Shown piece by piece: positions 18,747 to 29,600 of a DNA stretch of 64,000 nt; the first letter of the stretch is position 1, and each line of letters opens with the position of its first letter. Source of the DNA: an uncultured Acidobacteriota bacterium. Its GTDB lineage: Bacteria > Acidobacteriota > Thermoanaerobaculia > Multivoradales > JAHEKO01. The notes under the pieces were generated by a model. It did not search any database and was not told the origin of the DNA. It saw nothing but the letters and a program-made list of their open reading frames with translations. The stretch is taken from the NCBI GenBank assembly GCA_963713825.1, contig CAVQNG010000003.1:864001-928000 (forward strand), read 5' to 3'. The translations under genes were made by a program, and so were the position numbers.

Positions 18747-19829
18747 ATGAACAGACTCCCCAATCGACCCATGACCCAACTGGTACCGGTCTTGGTGGCG
18801 GCGATGCTGTCGGCCTGCCAGGGGGCGCCCACAAGCGAAGAGACCGCACTCCAGGTCTTTATGAGCGAGCCGATCGGGGTCATGGGCACGCGGACCAGTC
18901 TGGCGGTGGTTCTTCCCGGTGAAGAGGCGAATCGCGGTCGGGACATCCTGAGTGCGGCCGAGGCCGAGCTGCGCCGCATCGAGGCCCTCATGAGCACTTG
19001 GATCGACGGGTCGGAGATCTCCCGCTTCAACGCTGCGGCAGCCAATGAATCGGTCGCTCTTTCTGCCGACTCTCAGGAAGTACTGCGACTCGCACGGCAG
19101 CTCTTCGACGACACCGAAGGTGCCTTCGATGTGACCTGTCGCCCATTGATCGAGCGCTGGCGTCGTGCCGGAGACGAGGGGCAGCTACCGCCAGAGGAGG
19201 AGCTCGCGGAGCGCCGGCAAGCTTCGGACTGGTCGTCGATCGAGCTCTCGAAACAGGGGGCTCGTAAGAGTCGCAACACTGCTTGTGTCGACCTGTCGGG
19301 TATTGCCAAGGGCTACGCCATCGATCAGGCCCTGTCGATCCTGCGGGAAAGTGGAGCTGCAGGCGGTTTGATCGAGGTCGGAGGGGACCTGCGGGTCTTC
19401 GGGAGCGGTCCGGAGGGAGAGGACTGGGCCATCGGAATCCGCAGCCCGTTCGAGGATCGGGCCTGGGGCGAGATCGCGCTAACCGACAGCGCAGTGTGCA
19501 CCAGTGGAGACTATGCTCGCTACGTGGAGGTCGATGGCCAGCGATACAGTGAGGTCATCGACCCCCGAACCGGGCGTCCGGCGGGGCGCGCTTCCTCGGT
19601 GACAGTTGTTGCTGGGGATGCGGCGACTGCCGACGCCTGGGCCACGGCACTGACTGTTCTCGGGTCCGAGGGGGTGGAGCTCCTACCGACCGGTGAGCGG
19701 ATCGAGGCCCTGATCGTGAGCCTCGACGAGGCCGGGTCGTACCGGGTTCGAGCGAGCCGCGGCTTTGCGGATCTTCTGGTGAGCTCTGAGTTCGAGCTGG
19801 CCGAGAACCTGGAAGAATCGCTGCCCTGA
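18747..19829 (+). CDS. apbE: FAD:protein FMN transferase ApbE (lipoprotein)
   Basis: VMGT, SEISRFN, GAFDVT, DLSGIAKGYAID, CTSGDY and ADAWATAL motifs; lipobox LSAC. Confidence 0.93.
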   Translation: MNRLPNRPMTQLVPVLVAAMLSACQGAPTSEETALQVFMSEPIGVMGTRTSLAVVLPGEEANRGRDILSAAEAELRRIEALMSTWIDGSEISRFNAAAANESVALSADSQEVLRLARQLFDDTEGAFDVTCRPLIERWRRAGDEGQLPPEEELAERRQASDWSSIELSKQGARKSRNTACVDLSGIAKGYAIDQALSILRESGAAGGLIEVGGDLRVFGSGPEGEDWAIGIRSPFEDRAWGEIALTDSAVCTSGDYARYVEVDGQRYSEVIDPRTGRPAGRASSVTVVAGDAATADAWATALTVLGSEGVELLPTGERIEALIVSLDEAGSYRVRASRGFADLLVSSEFELAENLEESLP

Positions 19830-19830
19830 A

Positions 19831-20739
19831 TCAGCCTCGCCACTCGGCCTGATCCACGGTCGTCTCGAAGTCCGGCTCGACGCGCCCCGGAAGCTCTTCG
19901 TCGATGGTGGCCGCCAGGTCTTCAGCGGACGGCTTCCCGACGTAGAGCAGGGACTCCATCGGGCACTTTTCCAGGCTCTTCTCGAAGTCGCCTTCTTCGA
20001 CAGCTGCCCCGTGGTAGTCGAGTGTGGGTAGGTTGGCGTCCATGGTTAAGAGATCGCTGAGCTTGGCGCAGGCACCGCAGCCGATGCAGCCAACCGTGCA
20101 GACCTTCCTGACGTCGTTGCCGAAGTCCTCGTTGGAGCAGGAGACGACGAGCACCCGTTCTGCCTTGAAGGGGATGCGGCTGATGATTCCCCGGGGACAG
20201 GTCTCCACGCAGGCACCGCAGCCGGTGCATTTCTCGTAATCGATCTGGACCAGTCCCCAGATCATCTTCATGGCGTCGAAGGTGCAGGCCTCGACGCAGT
20301 CTCCGAGGCCGAGGCAGCCGTAGACGCAACCCTGGTAACCGGCGACCAGATTCGCCGCGGTACAGGTGCGCTCGCCCTGATAGTCGTTCACGCCGAGTCG
20401 CTGCGGCAGGGTGGCCCCGCAGTGAACCACTGCTCGATAGGGCCAGGTCTCCTCCACCTCGACACCCATGATCTCGGCTACCGCTTCGGCGCAGCTCTCC
20501 CCGCCGGGAGCACAGAGAGCGACGGAGGCCCCTTCGTTGACCACGGCCTCTGCATAGTCGGTGCAGCCGATATATCCACAACCGGCACAGTTGGCACCCG
20601 GCAGGACAGCGTCGATGTGCTCGACTCGGGGATCGACTTCGACGTGGAAAGCCTGGTTCGCCCACCCGAGCACCAGGCTCATGAAGACTGCCAGTAGCAG
20701 CAGCGTCGAGGCGGCGAGTAGGACGACGAGCAGGGTCAT
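19831..20739 (-). CDS. rnfB: Rnf complex subunit B
   Basis: N-terminal TM helix, [14 protein letters not shown] and several ferredoxin CxxCxxCxxxC motifs. Confidence 0.92.
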   Translation of the reverse strand: MTLLVVLLAASTLLLLAVFMSLVLGWANQAFHVEVDPRVEHIDAVLPGANCAGCGYIGCTDYAEAVVNEGASVALCAPGGESCAEAVAEIMGVEVEETWPYRAVVHCGATLPQRLGVNDYQGERTCTAANLVAGYQGCVYGCLGLGDCVEACTFDAMKMIWGLVQIDYEKCTGCGACVETCPRGIISRIPFKAERVLVVSCSNEDFGNDVRKVCTVGCIGCGACAKLSDLLTMDANLPTLDYHGAAVEEGDFEKSLEKCPMESLLYVGKPSAEDLAATIDEELPGRVEPDFETTVDQAEWRG

Positions 20740-21428
20740 GGGTTGAGGAGCTTCTCCACGTTGGCGCCTATCCCTGAGAAGCCCATGAAGGCCAGGGCGA
20801 GAATTCCGGCGACGATCATGGTGATGGCGGCGCCGCGCAGGGACTCGGGCACCTCGCACAGCTCGAGCTCTTCACGAATGCCGGCCATCAGGACGATGGC
20901 GATGGTGAACCCAACGCCGCCGAAGACAGCCAGTGTCAGGGACTCTGCCAGGCCCCAGTCACGGGCTACGACGTGCTTCATGATCTCAAGGCAGGCGAAG
21001 AGGATGGCGCAATTGGTGGTGATCAACGGCAGGAAGACGCCGAACGACTTGTAAAGGGGCGGGAAGAACTTGCGCACGTACATCTCGACCAGTTGCACGC
21101 TGGAAGCGATGACGAAGATGTAGACGATGTAGCTCAGGACACTGAGGTCGATTTGGCCAGCCTCGGCCGCCGGGTTGAGACTCGACCAGACCCAGTTGGG
21201 CAGCGGTGCGCCCGGCCGCAGGACGAACTCCGTCATGGTCCAGCTCAGGAGGGCAGCTACCGAGATGACGAAGGTCACGGCACAGCCCATGCCGAAAGCG
21301 GTGTCGAGGCGTCGTGAGACGCCGAGGAAGGGACAGAGCCCGACGAAGTAGGTCAACACGAAGTTGTTGACCAATGCCGCGCCGATGGCGATCAATAGTA
21401 GGTCGGCGAAGAGCTCCATCTCAGGCAC
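20736..21428 (-). CDS. rnfA: Rnf complex subunit A
   Basis: NNFVL...GLCPFLGVS and [11 protein letters not shown]. Confidence 0.93.
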   Translation of the reverse strand: MPEMELFADLLLIAIGAALVNNFVLTYFVGLCPFLGVSRRLDTAFGMGCAVTFVISVAALLSWTMTEFVLRPGAPLPNWVWSSLNPAAEAGQIDLSVLSYIVYIFVIASSVQLVEMYVRKFFPPLYKSFGVFLPLITTNCAILFACLEIMKHVVARDWGLAESLTLAVFGGVGFTIAIVLMAGIREELELCEVPESLRGAAITMIVAGILALAFMGFSGIGANVEKLLNP

Positions 21429-22062
21429 TCCCCGCTTCGGACTCGCTCACCCGCGCCTTGCGGCGCTGGCCGAGCCAGGTTGCCAGACCCAGCAACGACC
21501 CGAGAGCCAGGAAGGCCCCCGGTGGCAGGATCATGAGGATCAGGGTGGGGAACGACTCGGGTACCAGCTGAATACCGAACCAGGAGCCGTTGCCGAGAAT
21601 TTCACGCACTGTTGCGACACTGGCAAGAGCGAGCAGAAACCCGAGTGAGACCCCGATGGCGTCGGCCAGCGCCGCTTTCGGGCCCTGCTTGGAGGAGCAG
21701 ACCTCACACCGGCTGATGATCATGCAATTGACGATGATCAGTGGCACGTAAGGTCCCAACAGCTTGCTCATCGGGTAGGCGAAAGCCGCCAGCGTTCGAT
21801 CGGCGATGGTGACGAAGGTGGCGATCGTCAGGGTGAAGACGAGGATTCTCAGGTGCGGTTTGAGAAGGTGGCGAATGAGGCTGGTGATCAGGTTGGCGCA
21901 GATCAGCACGAAGGCGGTGGCACCCACCATGGTCATGGCCGGTTTCATGGCGGCCGTGACGGCCAGGGTGGGGCACAGTCCCAAGAGCTGGCGGTAGACC
22001 GGATTCTCCGGCAGGATGCCGTTCAGGAAGCGCTCGAGCGGTGTTGGTTCATGGACGGGCAT
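21421..22062 (-). CDS. rnfE: Rnf complex subunit E
   Basis: ENPV...[17 protein letters not shown] and LPPGAF. Confidence 0.93.
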   Translation of the reverse strand: MPVHEPTPLERFLNGILPENPVYRQLLGLCPTLAVTAAMKPAMTMVGATAFVLICANLITSLIRHLLKPHLRILVFTLTIATFVTIADRTLAAFAYPMSKLLGPYVPLIIVNCMIISRCEVCSSKQGPKAALADAIGVSLGFLLALASVATVREILGNGSWFGIQLVPESFPTLILMILPPGAFLALGSLLGLATWLGQRRKARVSESEAGSA

Positions 22063-22732
22063 CGAAGCCCTCCGCGGGTTCTGCGATCTCGGTCTTGACC
22101 AGCGCCACCGTGTCGTTGACGATGTTGCAGACGCTCCGTGAGCTGACCGTCGCCCCGGTCAGCGCCTGAATTGCATACGGGCTCTGCGCGGCTTCCTCGG
22201 CGTTGCGGCCGACGGTCAGGGGGCTGTCGGTGGCAATGCCGGCGAAGTGCTGACGGAAGTCACTGCGCACGATGCCGTCGCCCAGCGCCGGGGTCTCCTT
22301 CTGGTTCAGGACGTAGATCCCAGTAATCTGCGTGGTGTCGCCGGTCAAGCCCACCAGCAGCTCGATGACATCGGCGTAGCCGTGATCCTGGCCCCGTGCC
22401 ACCCAGCCCAGCAATCGCCCCTCCGGGTCCCCTTCTGAGACCCGATACAGCGCGGCAGCCTCGGATGGCTGCTCGACAACGGTCAGGGATGTCGATTCGC
22501 TCGAGGCCGACTCGATGCTCACCTGATCACCGTCAATGGTGATGGAGGCGCCTGTCACGGCTTCTCCACCGAGGAGAAGGCCGGGGATCTCGCGCATGAT
22601 CTCGGCGCGGATGTTCTCTTCGATGCGGGGAGACAACTCGAGATGGATGGCGGCCAGCAGTGCGCCGAAGACACCGGCCAACAACAGGATGAGCCAGGCC
22701 TGTCCCAGATAGCTGTTGCGCAACCGACTCAC
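22049..22732 (-). CDS. rnfG: Rnf complex subunit G (FMN-binding)
   Basis: N-terminal TM helix, ETPALG and the flavinylation motif LTGATVSS; start approximate (GTG). Confidence 0.88.
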   Translation of the reverse strand: MSRLRNSYLGQAWLILLLAGVFGALLAAIHLELSPRIEENIRAEIMREIPGLLLGGEAVTGASITIDGDQVSIESASSESTSLTVVEQPSEAAALYRVSEGDPEGRLLGWVARGQDHGYADVIELLVGLTGDTTQITGIYVLNQKETPALGDGIVRSDFRQHFAGIATDSPLTVGRNAEEAAQSPYAIQALTGATVSSRSVCNIVNDTVALVKTEIAEPAEGFDARP

Positions 22733-22764
22733 GATTCTTGTGCTCCGTTCCAGGGCCTCTCCGA

Positions 22765-23778
22765 TCAGGCGTCGACGGGTAGTCCACCGAGAGGCTCGGG
22801 AATCGTCACGCGGTTGATCAGGGGAACGACCGCGTTCATCAGCAAGACAGCGAAGACCACTCCCTCCGGGTAGTTCGAAAACAGTCGGATGACAACGACC
22901 AGAGCACCGAGTCCGGCCCCGAAGATCACCTGGCCGCGGCCTGTCAGCGGGCTGGTCACCGGGTCGGTGGCGATGAAGAAGGCCGAGAAGACGAGGGCAC
23001 CGCTCGTCAGATGCTGCAGCACAGTCAGCGGGGTCGCGGGCATCAGGAGATTGGCCAGGCCTGCCACGACAGCAGCCGAGGCGAGCATGCTGATCGGAAT
23101 CAGCCACACCGCCGAGCGTCGGAGGCAGAGATAAAGCCCTCCCACGAGACAGGCCAGAACACTGGTCTCACCCAGCGAGCCGTTGGCGTTGCCGACGAAG
23201 AGAGCCCAGAGACCAGGTAGCGAACCCGAGAGCTCCTTGGCTGCCGTCAACGGTGTGGCCTGGGTGAGGATCTCGAGCCCTGTCCCAGACCGCACGTAGG
23301 CGGTGGCGCCCAGGGACGCGGCGAAGCTGATCATCACGAAGGCTCGCCCCACCATCGCCGGGTTGAAGATGTTCTGACCCAGGCCTCCGAAGGCCGCCTT
23401 GCCAAAACCGATGGCGACCACCGAAGCGACAGCACCGACATACCAGGGGGCGCTCCAAGGAAGGGAGAGGCCGAGAATTACTCCGGTAACGATGGCCGAG
23501 GCATCCTGGAGAGAGGGCCTCGAGCCTCTCCAGAGGCTGGTGATCGCTTCCACGGCTAGGCAGCTCACCACGCAGATGCCGACCTGGAAGACGGCGTACC
23601 AGCGAAACAGGTAGAGCGCCATGGCGAAGACGGGAATGAGCGCGATCAGGACGTCGACCATCAGGCGCCGCGTGCTCAACCCGGTGCTCGACAGGTGAGG
23701 CCCTGGAGCCACTTGCAGGCCTGGCTCCACGGGTGCGTCCTGCGGCGGAGAGGCAGCTTTGTTGGTGGCTTCTACCAT
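22765..23778 (-). CDS. rnfD: Rnf complex subunit D
   Basis: FGGLGQNIFNPAMVGR, TQATPL, GSLGETS, ATDPVTSP and YPEGV motifs. Confidence 0.93.
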   Translation of the reverse strand: MVEATNKAASPPQDAPVEPGLQVAPGPHLSSTGLSTRRLMVDVLIALIPVFAMALYLFRWYAVFQVGICVVSCLAVEAITSLWRGSRPSLQDASAIVTGVILGLSLPWSAPWYVGAVASVVAIGFGKAAFGGLGQNIFNPAMVGRAFVMISFAASLGATAYVRSGTGLEILTQATPLTAAKELSGSLPGLWALFVGNANGSLGETSVLACLVGGLYLCLRRSAVWLIPISMLASAAVVAGLANLLMPATPLTVLQHLTSGALVFSAFFIATDPVTSPLTGRGQVIFGAGLGALVVVIRLFSNYPEGVVFAVLLMNAVVPLINRVTIPEPLGGLPVDA

Positions 23779-23794
23779 GGCTTCATTCCGCTCT

Positions 23795-25162
23795 CTACAC
23801 TCGAGCTGCAACCAGGTGGGCCTTGCCCATTCGGATGAGCTGCACCAAGGGGATTTGAGCCGGGCACTGGTACGCGCAGCAGCCGCATTCCATGCAGGTG
23901 TTGATGTGGTAGCGCTCGGCCAGAGTCCAGGCGCCTTTTCGGGCTGCCAAAGCGATTCTCGTTGGCACGAGATTCAAGGGGCAGGCATCGACGCAGAGAC
24001 CGCAGCGCACACAGGCGGTTTCCTCGAATGTCTGAAGGTCGTCCCGCGTCAAAACCGTGATGCCGCTGGTGCCCTTGGTGACGGGGGTGTCGAGGTCACC
24101 CAGGGTGAACCCCATCATCGGGCCACCCGCGAGAACCCGCGCCGCCTGCGAGGTGATCCCACCAGCGAGCTCGATCAACTCGCCATAGGAGATGCCGATT
24201 GGTGCAAGGAGGTTCTTTGGCTGCACCACGCCTCGCCCCGTAACCGTGACGACGCGATGCGTCATGGGTTTGCCCCGCAGGACAGCTCGTGCAATGGCAG
24301 CTGCCGTCGCCACGTTGACGACAACCACTCCGACGTCCAAGGGCAGACCGGCGGCCGGGACGTTGCTGCCGACGAGGACGGGAACGAGTTGCCGTTCAGA
24401 GCCTTGCGGGTACTTCGTTCTGACGAGTCGGATCTCGATGCCGGTGCTCTCTGCAGCCTTCGAGAGAGCTTCGGCGGCTTGCCTTTTGTCGTCCTCGATG
24501 CCGATGATGATCCGCCGTGCGCCGACCGCAGAGGCAGCCAACAAGGCACCGGTGATGACCGGCCGAGGGGCCTCCAGCATCAAGCGATAGTCCGCTGTCA
24601 GGTACGGCTCGCACTCACAACCGTTGACGACCAGCGTTTCGATGGGCCTGTCGGGGTTGGCAGCCAGCTTGATGTGGGTTGGAAAGGCGGCGCCCCCCAT
24701 CCCTACAAGCCCGGCGTCTCTGACGGCCTGGAGAATGAGATCGGGCCTCGGCAGGTCGAGCCTGAGGGTCGGCCACTCTCCGCCATAGGTGTCGTCGAAG
24801 AGGGCCTGTCCCTCGAGTTGCTCATCGCCGGCCTTGATCGGGACCGTTGGCACGCGACGGCCGTTGGGCAACGTGGCGGCGGATTCCTTGGCCACCTTGC
24901 CGGAAATGCTGGCATGGACAAAGGCGGAGACCGGAGCCTCGGACTTGCCGATCAGGTCACCGGCGACCACTTCGTCCCTGGATTTGACGACCGCTTCGCA
25001 GAGAGCCCCGACATGTTGCAACAGAGGGATGCGGACCTGTTTGGGCGTCGGGACGACCTCGATCGGCTGGTCGCGGGCCAGTTGCTTCGCGGCGGCTGGG
25101 TGAATGCCACCGGAGAAGCTTCTTCGCCCCGGCTTGACCGGTTTGGGTTGGGCGACGCTCAT
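23795..25162 (-). CDS. rnfC: Rnf complex subunit C
   Basis: GLVGMGGAAFPT, NGCECEPYLTAD, KYPQGSE, GGPMMG and two 4Fe-4S motifs. Confidence 0.95.
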   Translation of the reverse strand: MSVAQPKPVKPGRRSFSGGIHPAAAKQLARDQPIEVVPTPKQVRIPLLQHVGALCEAVVKSRDEVVAGDLIGKSEAPVSAFVHASISGKVAKESAATLPNGRRVPTVPIKAGDEQLEGQALFDDTYGGEWPTLRLDLPRPDLILQAVRDAGLVGMGGAAFPTHIKLAANPDRPIETLVVNGCECEPYLTADYRLMLEAPRPVITGALLAASAVGARRIIIGIEDDKRQAAEALSKAAESTGIEIRLVRTKYPQGSERQLVPVLVGSNVPAAGLPLDVGVVVVNVATAAAIARAVLRGKPMTHRVVTVTGRGVVQPKNLLAPIGISYGELIELAGGITSQAARVLAGGPMMGFTLGDLDTPVTKGTSGITVLTRDDLQTFEETACVRCGLCVDACPLNLVPTRIALAARKGAWTLAERYHINTCMECGCCAYQCPAQIPLVQLIRMGKAHLVAARV

Positions 25163-25536
25163 GGAGTCTCCGACTGGCGTCGTTGCACGATTCCCGAGAC
25201 CAAGGCAGCGACGAGTGTCGCCACGAGCAGACCGCTGCCAGCTCCGACCAACTGTCGAAACGGGCCCTCACCAGCCAGAATTGCACCGAAGAGAGCGGCC
25301 GCCAGAGGAAGCAGGAAGTAGCCGATGGATGCAGCCACGAGACCGACACCTTGCAGGGGCCGCTTCGAGTCGAGAGCAGCTTTCGTGTCACCGGTTGGGG
25401 GATCGCAACCCGTGCAGGCACTCGGACACTGAGGGGAGGGACGGTAGGCGCCCGCCTGCTCATCGCGCCCGCCTGGGGTGCCATGTGGGGAGTTGTGGGC
25501 AGAGGCGCCCTCGAGCGGGCCGGCATTGCTAGCCAT
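25159..25536 (-). CDS. RseC/MucC-like membrane protein (short)
   Basis: CPSACTGC, then YFLLPL and two TM helices; overlaps the rnfC start. RseC is a known Rnf/Rsx neighbour. Confidence 0.6.
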   Translation of the reverse strand: MASNAGPLEGASAHNSPHGTPGGRDEQAGAYRPSPQCPSACTGCDPPTGDTKAALDSKRPLQGVGLVAASIGYFLLPLAAALFGAILAGEGPFRQLVGAGSGLLVATLVAALVSGIVQRRQSETP

Positions 25537-25639
25537 CGCCTCTCAGTATCTGGCCAGCCGCTGCTGTCTGCAACGGTTGAAAGGGCGGAGCGGACTCAGC
25601 TAAATGTTGTAGTCCGTAGCAGCCCCGAATGGCGGTGCG

Positions 25640-26314
25640 TCAGGACTCGGCGCGGCCGATTTCCTCCAGAGTCACGAGACCGACACGAAGGGCGTAAAGG
25701 GCAGCCTGAGTCCGGTTGCCGAGACTGAGCTTGGCGAGGATGTGGCTGACGTGAGTGCGGACCGTAGCCTCGCTGATGAACAGCTTGCCTCCAATCTGCT
25801 CATTGGTGAGGCCGCGCGCCACCAACTTGAGGACCTGGAGCTCGCGGTCGCTCAACGGCTCGGCTGGTGGTGTTGGGTCGAGGTCGGCAGAAAACTCCTG
25901 GAGCAGCCGCCTGGCGACAGCAGGAGTCAGTGCCGACTGACCCTCGGCAGCCTTGTGAATGGCCTGCACCAGGTCGGCCGGGCTGGTGTCTTTCAGTAGA
26001 TAGCCGAGGGCACCGGCGCGAACCGCTGGGAAGAGCTTGTCATCGCTACCGAAGCTGGTAAGAACGAGAACGTGAGAAGACAGGCCCCGTTCGCGGATCT
26101 CCCGAATGGCCTCGACTCCATCCATCTCGGGCATGACCAGATCCATGAGGATGACGTCGGGTTTGAGGCTTTCCGCCAGGGCCAGGCCTTCGCGCCCGTT
26201 CTCTGCTTGACCCAGGACCTTGATGTCGGGCTCTGTCTCCAGCAGGGTGATGATGCCGCGCCGAACGATTTCGTGATCGTCCACGACCACTACGGTAATC
26301 GGTTGGTTGCTCAT
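25640..26314 (-). CDS. NarL/LuxR family response regulator
   Basis: VDDHEIVRRG, ILMDLVMP and LSDRELQVL...TVRTHVSHIL. Confidence 0.95.
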   Translation of the reverse strand: MSNQPITVVVVDDHEIVRRGIITLLETEPDIKVLGQAENGREGLALAESLKPDVILMDLVMPEMDGVEAIREIRERGLSSHVLVLTSFGSDDKLFPAVRAGALGYLLKDTSPADLVQAIHKAAEGQSALTPAVARRLLQEFSADLDPTPPAEPLSDRELQVLKLVARGLTNEQIGGKLFISEATVRTHVSHILAKLSLGNRTQAALYALRVGLVTLEEIGRAES

Positions 26315-28323
26315 GAGGCTGCTCCAGGGGAACCACCCGACTCGGGCGGTAGGTTCTTCAAAGGCACCTCGACGCGAATCAGGGTGCCGCTTCCAGGGTG
26401 GCTGTCGATGAACAGCAACCCGCCAATCGCTGCGGCTCGTTCCTCGAGTCCCAGCAAACCCAGCCCACCGCGCTGTCTGGCGACGGCGGTGTCGAATCCG
26501 AGACCGTTGTCGGAGATCTCCAGAAAGGCCGAGCTCTCCGACTGACGCAGTTCCACCGAGATACGGGTGGCCTCCGAATGTTTGAGAATGTTGTTGAGCG
26601 ACTCCTTGGCGATGCCATACAGCGCTTTTTCGATCGTGCCGGGCAGCGAGACCGGACCCGCGGTCAGGAACTCGGCCTTGACACCGGCGCGGCCCTCGAC
26701 GGCTGCCAGCCGGGCTTGCAGCGCCCCGGCCAGGCCCTTTTTCTGCAGCGCGGGCGGCCGCAACTCGAAGACCAGAAGACGCATCTCTCGCAGTGCTTCG
26801 AGCGCGGCTTTCTGCAGGTCGTGCATCAGGCTCTTCGCCTTGTCGGCCTGATCGGCGTCGAGGAGTCGCGCTGCCGCTTCGCTGTACATCGTGACTCCGT
26901 AGAGTGACTGGGTCACGGAATCGTGAAGCTCGTGCGCTAACCGCTGGCGATCCTCCAGAACCGCGATGCGCTCGTGCTGCTCATGGAACCGAGCATGCAC
27001 AATGGCAGCACTGGCGCTCTCTGTAAAGTTCCTGAGGACGCGCAGGTCGCCTTCTTCACAATCTTCCGCCCGGCTAGTCAGCAACAGCGTGCCGACGCTC
27101 TCTCCTTTGACCACCAGCGGTATCGAGAGTTCCGACGTGTTGGGCTCGGTGATGGCCTGCACCAGCCTCTCGGCAGAGATCGTCCCTGCCTTGCCCGAGA
27201 AGGCTCGGCGTGGGTTATCCGAGCCGTCGTTGAGAAATGCGACGGCACCCTCGGCGCCGACGATGCGTTGGGCCTCCCGAGCGGTAATCGCCAGGACGTC
27301 GTCGACGCTCTGCATCTCGAGAAGGGCCGCTGTCGAGCCCTGAAGCCGATCGGCTTCCCGCAGTCGGTGCTGGGCGTCTTCGTACTTCAGGGCGTTGCCG
27401 ATGGCAGGCGCGACCGCCTGCGAGATTCCGGAGACCAGTCGAAGCTCGTCGGGGTCGAATGCGCACTCGCGGTCGAAAGAGACTCCCACGGCGAGCGCCA
27501 GCACTTCACCGGCAAGGGTAATGGGGATCGAGACCACGGTCCTGATTCCTGCGATGTCGGGCCGCTCCGCAAAGGCGTTTGGGGCCTCGTCGCCGCAAAA
27601 GGCGGCCAGGGTTCCGGAGGCCAGCGCTTTCGAGACCAGAGGGTCGACCTCTTCTTTGAGTGGTCTGCCGAGGACGCGAGCCAGTTGGGGCTGCCCAGGG
27701 CTGTCGATCGAAGAGCGGGGCTCGAAGACCCCTTCCCGCTGGTTGAAGAGGAAGATCACGCAATGCGACAGACGCAGCGCTCGCGCGATTCCTCGTGCGA
27801 TCGAGGGCAGGATGACTTCGAGAGCGAGAGAGCCTCCACTGGCTTCGGCCGCATCCAGCATGAGGGCCAACCGATCCTTCTCGTGGCGCACGGAATGGCG
27901 CATACCCTTGGCGAAGAGGTCGGCGAAGCGACCTGCGGCCAAACGGAGGATCCGGTCGAGCTGCAGGATGGCCACGCTTGCAGCCTCAGGGTCGTCTCGG
28001 AAGTTGTCGAGAATAGACGGTAGCGTCGCTTCTTTGAGAGACAGAATCGCTTCCACGACTTCGTAGATCGCGAAGCCCATCGCACCGCGCTCCCGGCTGA
28101 GAGTCTCGGCACGAGTCAGGAGGGGCTCTGCGGAGCCCTGCTCCAGGCTCAGAACCACGTCTGCGAGGCTGGCCGAGACCCATGAACGCAGCTCCCCCGC
28201 CGATCTTTCCTGGTAGTGGCTGCCGGCCTGGCTTCGCAGATCCTCCACCGCTCGGTCGAGGATCGCGTCCCGCTCCGCTCGCAGGAGCTGAGCCAGGGCG
28301 GGGGAGGCAATCGTCTTGGTCAT
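26311..28323 (-). CDS. Cytoplasmic sensor histidine kinase (RsbRD-N-like, two GAF domains, HisKA_3, HATPase)
   Basis: RLAHELHDSVTQSL H-box, ESLNNILKHS, DNGLGFD and GLGLLG motifs; no TM helices. Confidence 0.9.
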   Translation of the reverse strand: MTKTIASPALAQLLRAERDAILDRAVEDLRSQAGSHYQERSAGELRSWVSASLADVVLSLEQGSAEPLLTRAETLSRERGAMGFAIYEVVEAILSLKEATLPSILDNFRDDPEAASVAILQLDRILRLAAGRFADLFAKGMRHSVRHEKDRLALMLDAAEASGGSLALEVILPSIARGIARALRLSHCVIFLFNQREGVFEPRSSIDSPGQPQLARVLGRPLKEEVDPLVSKALASGTLAAFCGDEAPNAFAERPDIAGIRTVVSIPITLAGEVLALAVGVSFDRECAFDPDELRLVSGISQAVAPAIGNALKYEDAQHRLREADRLQGSTAALLEMQSVDDVLAITAREAQRIVGAEGAVAFLNDGSDNPRRAFSGKAGTISAERLVQAITEPNTSELSIPLVVKGESVGTLLLTSRAEDCEEGDLRVLRNFTESASAAIVHARFHEQHERIAVLEDRQRLAHELHDSVTQSLYGVTMYSEAAARLLDADQADKAKSLMHDLQKAALEALREMRLLVFELRPPALQKKGLAGALQARLAAVEGRAGVKAEFLTAGPVSLPGTIEKALYGIAKESLNNILKHSEATRISVELRQSESSAFLEISDNGLGFDTAVARQRGGLGLLGLEERAAAIGGLLFIDSHPGSGTLIRVEVPLKNLPPESGGSPGAAS

Positions 28324-28479
28324 GGAGTTCGCGGCCGATCGACGTGAGGGGATGTCCGGGTCGAGCACGTTGACTTCGTCAGCGCTCCCGGCTCGTGGCT
28401 GAGAATAGCAGGCAACGGCCCTCGCATCCCGCGCCAGATAGAAGGATGGCGCACCGGAGCCGATTTCAGGAAACTCGAT

Positions 28480-29070
28480 CTAGGGACCCAGGCCTTGCAC
28501 GAAGCTACCGGGGTCATCGGCGATGGCCGCGGCGAGAAACTCGTCGAGGCGACCATCGACGGAGACGACTTCCAGCTCGTAGGCATCGAGTGAGACGACG
28601 CACAGGCTGCGGATCGAGCCGCTATCGTCTTCGCGGGAGATCACCCAGGTCCGCTCATCGAGGTCCCTCTCCTTGACGACCACAGTCCAACCGACCTGCT
28701 CCAGCCGGTGCTGCAGAACAGAGAGGCTTCTGGGTGCCGGGTTGTCGGGAGGCGAGACCACCCGATACGTTGCGACGTCGACGCGCTTGAGACTCGCGAT
28801 GAGCTGGCGCTCGGTGCTGCCCTTGGGACTCGTGAAGCGGAGAACCTGTTTGACGGCGCCCATCGAGATTCGACCCAGGTGGATGTGGCTCTCGCGCTCG
28901 AACTGGGCGCCGGGAAGTTGTTGCTCGAGCTCCAGGCGTACCTGCTCTGCGGTCGGGCTCTGCTTGCAGCCGACCATCAGCAGCGCAACCATCGTGGCCA
29001 CGGAGAGGACGAGAAGTTGGAGTCGTTCGCGGCTGCGAACCGTCAGAAGTGGAGTCGCCGCAACGCTCAT
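28480..29070 (-). CDS. DUF4252-like lipoprotein
   Basis: Lipobox LMVGC; GWTVVVKERD...LCVV...VVSVDGRL pattern. Confidence 0.7.
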   Translation of the reverse strand: MSVAATPLLTVRSRERLQLLVLSVATMVALLMVGCKQSPTAEQVRLELEQQLPGAQFERESHIHLGRISMGAVKQVLRFTSPKGSTERQLIASLKRVDVATYRVVSPPDNPAPRSLSVLQHRLEQVGWTVVVKERDLDERTWVISREDDSGSIRSLCVVSLDAYELEVVSVDGRLDEFLAAAIADDPGSFVQGLGP

Positions 29071-29600
29071 TCGACAGTGACCTCGGGAAGATCCAGGCCC
29101 GACATGAGACTCCCCAGTTGGTCCGGGTCGATGCGTCCCACCAGGTTGAGGACGATGACTTCCCCGTCCTCGATCGCCAGCACCGTCAGACCCTGCAGGT
29201 CCCCTTCGTCTTCACGGCCGTAGATGTGGACCTCCTCGCCCTCGTCCCGGGTCAGGATCATCCTGTACCAACCCATGTTCTCGAGCATCGTGACCCCGGT
29301 GTCGAGCCCCTTCCGAATGGCATCGGCCTGCAGGCGGTCCGTCGGTGCAATCTGAACGCGGATGGCTTCGAGATTCTTCATCACCTGGGCGAACTCGGGG
29401 TCGTCGTCCGCCGCCACCTTGCCGATCAGTCGCAGCATGGCGCCGCGCAGGTTGATCTCCACGCTCAGGTCGTCCGGGGACAGGAACTGCAGCTCGTCGA
29501 TCGGAAAGTAGCCGGGATGCTCTTCGATGGGCTGAGCGTGGAGCGTCGAGGCCAGCAAGGCCATCGAAAGCAGGAGGATGGAACGTCTGAGCCGATGCAT
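29067..29600 (-). CDS. DUF4252-like secreted protein
   Basis: Signal peptide; VEINL, GWYRMI...EEVHIY and VLNLVGRIDP motifs. Confidence 0.75.
   Translation of the reverse strand: MHRLRRSILLLSMALLASTLHAQPIEEHPGYFPIDELQFLSPDDLSVEINLRGAMLRLIGKVAADDDPEFAQVMKNLEAIRVQIAPTDRLQADAIRKGLDTGVTMLENMGWYRMILTRDEGEEVHIYGREDEGDLQGLTVLAIEDGEVIVLNLVGRIDPDQLGSLMSGLDLPEVTVE

Noticed and set aside
23759-25321. Long antisense ORFs (for example 23759-25321, 58568-59815, 35657-36946, 4342-5406 and 6-629)
   Set aside because: Shadow frames of well-supported genes, expected from high-GC codon bias; they carry no motifs of their own.
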